A DNA stretch of 64,000 bases from Auanema rhodensis (taxonomy: Eukaryota; Animalia; Nematoda). The position numbers were made by a program, and so were the translations under genes. The notes beneath the pieces are model-generated. The model had not been told where the DNA came from. It ran no database searches and saw only the letters and a program-made list of their open reading frames with translations. The stretch lies in contig OZ059898.1 in the NCBI GenBank assembly GCA_964057225.1, positions 7,068,001-7,132,000 of the forward strand, in the 5' to 3' direction. Position 1 is the first letter of the stretch. Each line of letters starts with the position of its first letter. Positions 53,645 to 64,000 of the stretch are shown here, in pieces.

Positions 53645-56600
53645 CTAAGAAGGTGGCACTGTTCTATGTGATGTGGTGTGTGTATAGTGATCTGATGTTG
53701 TTATATCATACTGTTCAGTTTCTGTTTCACTATCTTCAGATTCTGAGTCGGCACTTGCATGATGAACCGTTTGAGTTGTGCTCACGACGTTTCCATGCTC
53801 ATCCCGAACTGTGGTTGTGCGAATTTCCTTGGTTGTTACGTCGGTTGTTACACGACGCTCAATTTCTTCCAATGTACCATCCGAAGAAATGGATGCTCCA
53901 TCATCCAAATAAGCTTGAAGAGCTCCAATGTTATCATGTCCAACCATTTCATCACCATATGGCTTCAGCTTGGCACGTGGGATGGTGTAGTAATCAGATC
54001 CTAATATTTCTTGACCAGAAGCACTGGCATCGCTGCCTCCACGTCCACCGAAGCATCTGCATCTGGCACAGAGCCACAAGCAACATAACAAGGTGAGGAG
54101 CAAGAAGAGAAGAGCCAAAAGAAGCATGAGGATGAGACCGGCCTTAGATGGAGCAGCTTCACAGAATTGTCCAGAGTATCCATCAACACAGGCACAGGTA
54201 ACATTATTGGTTAAGCTGTCATGAATACAGTCACCATGTCCGTTACATAAACCACACAAGAGAGCAGCACAGATACGTCCGGGCTCAGATGGGTTACCGT
54301 CAGTATATCTGAAATATATAATTAAGTACAAATTGTTATTATAAGATCTTACCCTTCTGGACAAGCACATTCATATCCATTTTTCTTATCAGTACAGATA
54401 GCAGCAGCTGAGCAATTGTGAAGACCAAGAGCACATTCATCAACATCTTGACTACGGAGACAGATTGAGTCACCAAGTCCAGCCTAATATTCATTTATTA
54501 TCCAATAATAATAATGTTTCATATAATTAAATACCTCAGATAATCTATCAGATTTACGGAGATCAACGAAGCCAGGCTTACAATCACAACGAGCTTGTTC
54601 ATCAACATTATGACAAGTTGAATTGAGTGGACAATAGTTAACATCAGAACAGTAATCAATGGAACAAACACTTCCTGGAATTGCTCCTTCTTGAGCAGCA
54701 TTAACATATGGAGCAACACATTCACATCTAAAATATAATGTAAAGATAGTATATAATATAAAGATATTGTTACTTGTATAGATAATCTAAATCAATACAA
54801 CGAGCATCTGGTGAGCATTCATTTAACTCTGGCTTCTCACATTCATTTACTCCACGATAGCTAAGACATTGACGACCTGGTTTAGATGGGTTCAAATCGC
54901 GATATCCACTTGGGCATTCACAACTGTAATAATTAGTTAATATTATAATTATAAATTATAAAAATTATAATAAACATACGTATATCCATGTCCATCTTCA
55001 TGACATACAGCAGATGGATGACAATCACTACGATAACAAGTAGAGAATGGATTCATTTGATCAGGAGAAATGAAAAGTTTTGATTTTCCAACCTAAATTA
55101 TAATTACATATATGTATATAATTAACTATATTTATATAATTATACCTCATGGTTATTCTTTTTAGCTATATAATCAATTAAATCAGTAAAGACAGTTTTT
55201 GGTTCAGCAACAGCTCCTTTAACGAAATAACTGGTGAAATTGTAGAGGATTCCGTGATCCCATGACTATAAATTTATAAATATTTTATAAAATTATAAAG
55301 AAAAGTATGACAAAAATAAAATAATTTGAATAATATACTAACCACATTACGATCCTTTGGATTTTCAATGTCATTGACCTCAGCAACGATGAAAGAGCTT
55401 TGAAGAGGAGTCTTATCATAACTTTCAGCGACTCCACTTTCGAATCTATTAAAATAAAATAAATAATTATTTCTTATAATATGATTTTACCTGTTGACAA
55501 GAGTCTTAGTCAATGGTTCTCTTGGGTTACTGAGAGCTGGAGAATATTCAACGAATTCATTACCATCACGGATGACATATAATGGTAAATTCCAAGATTC
55601 AACCTAAAACGAATTGTTTTCAATTTATAATTTAAGCTCGAAATATACCAGACGACATTGGCTTTCAGCATTCTTTCTCTTCTGGCCTTTAGGACAACCA
55701 CAGATCTTGCCAGCAATACATTCTTCTCCAAGTTCTGTTTTACAGAAGGTATTTCCACAAGTAATTCCCGAGACTTGATCTTGAGGGAGGCATGGATCAA
55801 GAAGCTTGAAGTCATCTGCGGCCTTCAATCTATCGACACGTCCACCACGAGCAACAACAGCTTCAGCGAATTCTTGGAAGACCTGAGTAGAATGAAATGA
55901 TTCAAAGAATTACTAATTGATTACTATACCTTGCACTGATCGATATCGCCATTTCCAGAAAGAAGAAGAGATGAATTAACAAGCAATCCACGATCCCATG
56001 TTGAGTTTTCAACCTTAGGATTTGTAATGAACTTAATATCAGTAGCAACATAACGAGGAGCAAAGCTAGTTTCTTTCAAAATATCACCCAATCCCTATAA
56101 TATGAATATTTAAATTAATTATATGATATAGCTAATATACCTTCTTGGCACTTTCAACAATTTCAACATGCTCTGGGCTGCTTGGCTTGCTGTAGTCATT
56201 GGAGTAATGAAGTGGTTCATCATCAAATTCCATGACACGTATAACAAGTGGAACCTAAAATAGTAAAACATATTATAATAAATATAAAAACTTTATAACC
56301 TCAGTAACAGGAATACATGGATCTTTTGGACTGGCACGTCCTTCTCCTGGACGACATCCGCATTTCTCTCCTCCGATACAAACCTTAATATCTATCATGA
56401 ACAACAATCAAATATCATTTAAGCATACCTCATGCAGATCTTTATGGCATACGGTATTACCACAAGCATATAGATTTGGAGATAAAGTTGTTGGCTCAGC
56501 ATCTAGAGGCTTGTCAATGACCAGACCTAATTCTTAAAATGAGAAAAATGTTTTAATGAGCAAGCGGAAGCGATCGAGATATCCTCGAAAAACTAAAAAG

Positions 56601-59600
56601 TAAATGCTGAACTGCCTTTTCACCATCATACCCATCTTAAGCTGATAAGAATATACACAATATTCGTTAATTAAAATGCTTATTTATAAAATAAAATAAT
56701 TAATTAATTAAAAAAATATATGAAGCTATAGAAATAAAAACAGAAAAAAGCATAGAAGATGGCTGATTTGCATTTGTTTGGCAGAATAGCTGTTAACTTA
56801 AATTCTGAGATTATATAATGAATATAACAAAAATAATAATAAAATTAATATATAATCTCAGAATAAAGTTAAATTAAAATCAAATTGTTATACTCACCAA
56901 CGCAAACACGACCAGCAGTTGCAGGATCAGTACTTTCATCAAAGAAGCCAGTCTTACATTGGCATAAGTACCCATCATCAGTATCAATACAATCAGCATT
57001 AAGATCACAATTATTATCATTTCGACTTAAACATTCATTAAATCTGTAATAATTATAATAAATATAGAAGATATGATTATATAGGAGATATAACCTGCAA
57101 ACACGTCCAGGCTTAGATGGAACCATATCCTTATATGGTTCATTACATTTACATTCATATCCTTCAACAGTATCAATACATTGAGCATGTCTATCACAAT
57201 CATTTAAGTTTTCTGATTGACATTCATTGATAACTGAAATATTTTAATTAAATATTATAATTTATGTTGTTAATTATTATTTATTTCAAATATAACTTAC
57301 TGAATTTGCAGTTTGTTCCTGGTTTGCTCAGATCTTGATCATGATACTCTGGCTTACATTTGCATTCATAACCGTCTTCTTTATCAATACATAATGCAAA
57401 TCGAGAGCAATTATTAAGATTTGGAATACGGCATTCATCAACAAGCTGAAATAAGTTTTTGATTATAATTTTATAATTTTTCTATTGATATTACTCCAAA
57501 GCAGCTACGTCCTGGTTTTGATGCATCAAGTGAAACATCTTTAGTTCCAATAGGACAACTACATTCATATCCGTCATCAAGATCACGGCATGTTGCTACA
57601 GGATCACAATCATTCAATGATTGATCTAAGCATTCATTAACTTGTTCTTGGCATTCACGTCCTAAATTATTAAATATATATGTATATAGTATATAATATA
57701 TACAAACCAGGTGTAATTGGACTTTTATCAACATAACCATCGCGACATTTACATGTATACTTCTGTGGTCCATCAATTTCTTCACAAATGGCAGCAGCAT
57801 GACAATCGTGTTTTTTATCATCACTACAAACTTGTTCCAAACATTTACGTCCTGCAACATCAGTTTTTGTAGGAGAAAAGGTTTTTTTTTTAAATTATTT
57901 GTCAGCCATTCTTGACGTAAATCTGATGTGAAATACAGAAGCAATTGATTACCTGGACGATGTGGAAGAGGACTTCTATCCAAAAATCCAGCATTACAAA
58001 CACATTCATAATCGTTTGAACCACGTTCAATACAACGAGCATTACGATCACAATCATGCTTACCACCTTCACAAATTTGATTAACTAAAATATTATATAG
58101 TTAATGATAACTATTATAAATATAATTATTACGTTTACGACAATCACGTCCTGGATTTCTAAGTTCATCATGATCAACATATCCATCCATACATTGACAT
58201 TTATATGAATCACGTGTATCTAAATAAGAAAATATTATTAATTATATCATATAAAATATAATTAATTACCAATACAAAGAGCATGTTCATGACATGTATT
58301 CAATTGGCTACTAGCACATTCATCAACCAATGCTTTACAAGAAACACCACCAAATACTTGTGGATTTGGAGAAATATCAACATATCCTTCTTTACATCTA
58401 TATTTATATAATATTATTAATATTTCTTATATATATATATGATAAATACCTGCAAAGGAATCCATCAGGTAAATCAATACATTCAGCATTTCCAGAGCAA
58501 TTATGACGACCTTCAGCACATTCATTATGTTCTAAAATTTATATTTTTTAATAAATTCATAATATATAAATTATAATATTCTTACGTTCTTCACAGATTC
58601 GTCCAGGCTTTGTCTTAGGACTTGTTGATTTATCAAGGAATCCAGAGTTACAGGTGCAAATGTATGATTCATCAGTATCAACACAATGAGCATTACGATC
58701 ACAATCATGAGTTCCAAGAAGACATTCATCAGTTACTATAAGAATAATAAATTAATTATATGATATAATTAATATAATTATATAAACTTACAGCAAATTT
58801 CGGTAATTGGATGACGCTTATAATTGCGAGGACATTGGCAAGTAAACAGACCACGTCCATTTGGAAGACATTTTTCTCTAAAATAACATTTAAATGTAAA
58901 TGTAATTATATAGTTAAGCTAACTTTTTACGGATTTCACATGAATCTGGGATTGATGGATCACATGTACCAATTTCTTGGCATTTTCCAGATTTTCCATT
59001 CTTCTCATATCCTTCTCTGAAATACATTTAAGATTTAACTAATTATAATACAAGATTATTATAAGAAACCTGCATTGACAGACAAATTCTCCACCTGGAC
59101 CGCGAATACATTGTCCATTTGGTCCACATGTACTAGCATCTCCTGGATTACATTCATCAGTAGCTTCGGAAGTTGGTGGTCCACCAATTTCTAATAAATA
59201 ATTATTTAATTTATATTTGTTTTGTGTGAACATACTGCAAACTCCAGTATGTGGATCACGGAATCCAAGATCAGCTGGACAAGTACATCTCCAGTTTCCG
59301 AATGGAGTTTTCTCACAGATTTCAGGATCTGGGCAAGATGTAGCAATCTCAGGATTACAAACATCACCTCCACAAGCCTTGAAATAGAACGTAAAGTTTT
59401 ATAAATAATTGCATGATTAGCATACTTTAGTTACTGGATGTTCTTCAAATCCTGCTGGACATCCACATGTATAACGTCCATTCTTCATAGTACAAACTTG
59501 GTTAAGTGCACGATCACATCCATTATGATTATTTGGATCACATGGACCTTAAGATACATAATCAGAATATAGTTAGTATGTGATTAACAAACCGTTATCT

Positions 59601-62600
59601 GGAGTAGTTGGGGCTTCACTCTGTGGACATGCTACTTTCTGAATAGCAGATCGAAGTCTTGTGTTCAAATCTTCGAATCCATTAACGTGGAAAGTACGAT
59701 CTTTAGCTCCAGAAATTTCTTCTAATTCAGAATCAAGAACGTGATTGGTAACACCAACAGCAAACAGTTGAATATCCAAACGACGAGCATTATCAGCAGG
59801 GATAGTAACATTATCCTGAATATAAGTAATTTATTTTATTATAAATAATATACATACTTGACTTCTTCCATCAGTAATTACGATACCAACACGAGTGACA
59901 CCAGCATCACGACCACGAGCTCCACGTCTCTCGGAGAAAGCTTCATTGGCAACATGTTCGATAGCAGCTCCAGTTCTAGTTAATCCAGTCAAATAACTTA
60001 AATTATAGTTTTAAGAAAGAATAATTTAACAATTTAACTGACTCAATGCTTCTAATAGCTTGATGAAGGGCAGCACTATTCTTGTATTCATTCAATCCAA
60101 ATTCATGACGAATTTGATCAGAATATTGAACAACAGATACACGAGTCTTTTCTGGGCTGATATCGAAAAGCTCAGTAAACTCAGATAAGAAACGAAGAAC
60201 CTAAAATATAAACTTTACAACTTGAAAATGCAACGATTTTACTTCATTCTGGAAGATATAAGATCCAATAGATCCCGAACCATCGATAAGGAAAACAAGA
60301 TCAGTAGCTTGAGCTGGACTGAAATAACACAACGTTTGAATATTAGCAACTTGATTATTGAACTTACCAAGCAGTGCTTAAAGTACATACACGACCAGGT
60401 GGTAGATTAGCATTAGATGAAACATCTACGTATCCATTAATACATTTACATGTATATCCATCAGGTAATTGAACACAATCGGCATTCTTATCACATGAAT
60501 TCAAAGAAGAATCTGAACACTGATGAGATCCTTCAGAACAACGACGTCCAGGAGCCAAGTTATAGCGAGAAGATACATCAGTACAGCCGGATTTACATTT
60601 ACATAAGAATCCATGCTAAATCATTAATTATTTAGAAATAAAATAAAATTATAAAGAAAAATTACTTGAGTATCTTCACATTCAGCCATTGGAGAACAGT
60701 CATGTGTTCCATCAGCACATTCGTTTTTAACTAAAAAAATATATTTTATACATAATTAATTATAATTAAATACTTTGTTGGCATTTTCTTCCTGCAAGTC
60801 TGAATGGATCAGGTGAAATATCCTTGAATCCAGCTTTACATTGACATCTATATCCATCATATGTATTTGAACATAATGCATTATGATCACATTCATTTTG
60901 ACGTTCACATTGAGAAAACACTGAAATATAATGAAAACTCTTAATATTATAGTTAATTATTTATATTTTTTTATTATATAATAGTTAACATATTTTAAAA
61001 CTTACGTTTACATTTTCCATCAGCTTGTTGCACTGAACCACGTTTGCATTGGCAAACCATTTGTCCCTGAGGGTTGAATCTACATTCCTCATTTGGTCCA
61101 CAAGTTCTACTGTCAGAACATTGATTATGAACAGACATATATCCATAATGTTCTGGTCCTTTTGGCCTGTTACATACACGTCCAGGATAATGATTGACAT
61201 CTGATGAAGCATCAACAAATCCAGGTCGACATCTAAAGAATAATTTGAGAATGTTAAAAAAGATTCATTTACAAACCTGCATTCGAATCCGTCTGGACGA
61301 TCGAAACAGTCAGCATTGGATGAACAATCAGCTGTACCATCAAGACATTCATTTTTCATTTCAACACACTAATTATAATTAATTATAATTAATAATTATT
61401 ATTTGAATAATATACCTTTCTTCCTGGAAGTTTACTAACAGAATCAGAAATATCTACAAATCCTGGTTGACAAACACATTGGAAGCCTTCAGGAGTATCA
61501 ACACATGAAGCTTTAGTATCACAATCAACTCCATATCTATAATAAATCAAATAAATGATTATAATTATTAAAAATAATTTATTTACGTTTCTCTTGCTCC
61601 ACATTCATTTTGAGTTCGTTGACAGATTCTACCTGGCTTATTAACACGATCTACTGATACATCAGCAAATCCAGATTTACATTGACAACTATATCCATCT
61701 AACTATAAATAATATAAACAATATAATATAATTAAAAATAAATAAAATTACCTTATCAATACAGTTAGCATCCTTGTGACAACCATTAGTTGATGGACGA
61801 GCACATTCATTAACAAGAAGACATCTTCCGTCAGATAATCTATTCACACCATTTGGACATTCACATTTGTATTGACCATTTGTGAAAACACAAACTTCTT
61901 GTTTCTCTTGACTACATGATAATGGATCATCAACTCGACATTGTAGACTTCCTTTAAATTATTTTATATAATTTATATAATTAAATATTATTAGAATAAT
62001 GAAGCTATAACAATTTAAAATTTTCAATTCAATGTGATGTCAAAAAACCTTCCAAAACATGTTTTCAAATGTTTTTTTTTAAAAACTGAAGTGGAAAGAC
62101 TTCAGCTTTCATGTTAATTCGATTAAAACGTTTTTATAAAAGATAATAATAGATATTATATTTATATATATATATATATAATTATTATAATTAATATTAT
62201 ATTAGTTAATATAATTATATTCAAATATTATATTTCTTATTCTTATGTTCTTCTTTAGTGATATTCTTTTTCTTTCTTTTTCTTTATTTCTAACATCACC
62301 ATCAAAACCGCAAAACTAGTTGGAATCGTTAACCAAAGGGTGTCGTTAGACTAACAGTTGCAATTCAATAAGACATCTTACCCTTCATCTCCTCTCTACG
62401 CCCTTCTAACTATCTATCTAACTACCCACCTACCATTCCCATCTAACATCTATCCCACCAATTTGCTCGTTACAACTTCTTTCATACTTTTCTACCAAAG
62501 TATTATTAAAACTTATATCTATATCTATATATATATAGAAATATACTTAAATAATCTATAATTATAATAATATAGTTAATAATGAAATGAAAAATATATT

Positions 62601-63751
62601 AAAGAAGATGAGTAATATTCTTATTTATATATTAAAAGTACAAAAATAGTTCTTTTGTTCTTTTTGAACGCAACCATTCTATTTGTAACAATTTAATCAA
62701 AATGATTCATTCACGTATTTCCACTTACAAATCTTCAATTATGCAAATTTTTTAAAATAAAAAATTGGTTGATCATGCTAACAGATATAAGCCCCTTTCT
62801 AAGATGGAATTTGCAGAAGGAACATCATCCTCAGATGTCATTCTCTTCTTCTACACAATATCCTAACAATCTATTTCTCTCTTCTTAAACATTGATGTTC
62901 ACTCTCTCTCTCTTTCTCTCTACGACAAACCACAATAGGTATGTATACTGAAGGCGAAATGGAAATGAAGAACTGGTTTGGTTGATGATGGACCACAGCA
63001 AAGTTTGCAATCGTCTAATGTTCAGAAAGAGAGAGATAAAGAAAAAAAGAAAGAGAGAGTAAGAGAGAGAGTAAGAGAAAAAGAGAGAACATAAGAAACA
63101 AAGAAATGCAGAGAGAATTGGTTGGGTGTGGGTAGGTGGTATAACTTAGGTATATGAATTTATAAAGAAAACAAATCACAATGAGTGAGAGTGAAAGAAT
63201 GAGGATAGGGTGAATGAGAGAGAAAATGAAAAGAAAGTAAAATGCCAAATGAAGAGATTGACAGAAATCGAGAAGAAAGAGAGAATTGCAGTTGATGATA
63301 GTATGATCATCTAACTGGGTGTGGTTACCTCTTCTCTCATCTTTCAATTTCATTAGGTGTTTTCGATGGCAACACCCGGTAGCAGTAGCTCATCATTCAG
63401 TAACTGGCTGACAAGCACAATCAGTTCACTGCCATTCGGTGTCAACGTCATGATATGTTTTAGACCCCCATATATAATATTATAAGTAAAAGTAATAAGT
63501 AATAAAATGTTTTATAATTTATATAAATTAATAATAAATATTAATTTATATAAATTATTAAAAATAAATATTTTTATATTTTAAATAGAAATAATAATTA
63601 GCAAATAATATGATATAGTTATAATTCAGTTCCTGTTTAAAATTTAAAGTTATTATAATTTTAATAATTTACCTGATCCTCTGTAGTATGTGACTGAGTG
63701 GGCATGACAGGCAGCTATGCCCAGAAGAAGCAGCGCTATGGCTTTTGCCAT
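53645..63751 (-). CDS. mup-4: MUP-4-type transmembrane matrilin-like hemidesmosome receptor (signal peptide, many EGF/cbEGF repeats, one vWA, two SEA, TM, cytoplasmic tail)
   Basis: ATG 63751 MAKAIALLLLGIAACHA; exon 2 SLQCRVDDPLSCSQEKQEVCVFTNGQYKCECP; vWA MIDAS DLVFLIDGSGSIG (~60243-60320); SEA exons ~55140-56250; TM LILMLLLALLFLLLTLLCCLW; tail SDYYTIPRAKL..EEIERRVTTDVTT; TAG 53645-53647. No N-terminal LDLa repeats, which favours mup-4 over mua-3. Confidence 0.92.
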
Positions 63752-64000
63752 AGTAGAATGTGCCTACAAATAATAAATTATATATATAAATTAAAACAAA
63801 AAATGAAATTTATTGAAGATAACAAGAAGCAGGAAGACGAATGAGGACTACAATTGGTCACTGATAGGATGTGAATCAGTAGTAAGGTGAATTGAAAACG
63901 AGAAAAAGGTTGGACAAGCAAGACGGACGTCGTCACGCCTACATCAACTGTGTTGGAATGGCATTTCGATGAAAATGTAGAAATACAATTATCTATATTT

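Noticed and set aside
53653-54096. Plus-strand ORFs antisense to exons (also 23593-23829, 41441-41629, 55658-55900)
   Set aside because: Shadow ORFs of real minus-strand coding exons.
53645-63751. Calling the EGF/vWA/SEA gene mua-3 or fibrillin
   Set aside because: No LDLa or TB domains; the N-terminus and tail match MUP-4.

Overview
Eukaryotic, very AT-rich, intron-dense genomic DNA. It is almost certainly from a nematode, judged by ~45-55 nt introns, TTTCAG-type acceptors and proteins close to C. elegans ones; the species cannot be called. Most entries in the ORF track are exon fragments or microsatellite noise. Five spliced protein-coding genes were assembled by hand: (1) the 3' part of a RhoGAP (tag-325/ARHGAP12-15-27-like, +, stop 1412); (2) the 18S rRNA m6A methyltransferase METTL5/metl-5 (+, 2171-3032); (3) a GILT-family thiol reductase (-, 3819-4731); (4) tir-1/SARM1 (-, coding 12332-44457; ARM-SAM-SAM-TIR, catalytic Glu intact); (5) mup-4 (-, 53645-63751; EGF/vWA/SEA/TM hemidesmosome receptor). 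The most interesting structure is the isoform architecture of tir-1. Three phase-matched alternative first exons feed one acceptor, and a fourth first exon carries an N-myristoylation-like MGxxxS start. An 844-nt fully open exon hidden in the 15.7-kb ARM/SAM intron ends in a PY-NLS-like motif and could replace or bypass the auto-inhibitory ARM domain. Two near-perfect inverted repeats (202-bp and 95-bp arms) sit right behind the 3' ends of tir-1 and mup-4. No tRNA, rRNA, CRISPR array or transposase was recognised. Exon coordinates were counted by eye and may be off by a few bases.
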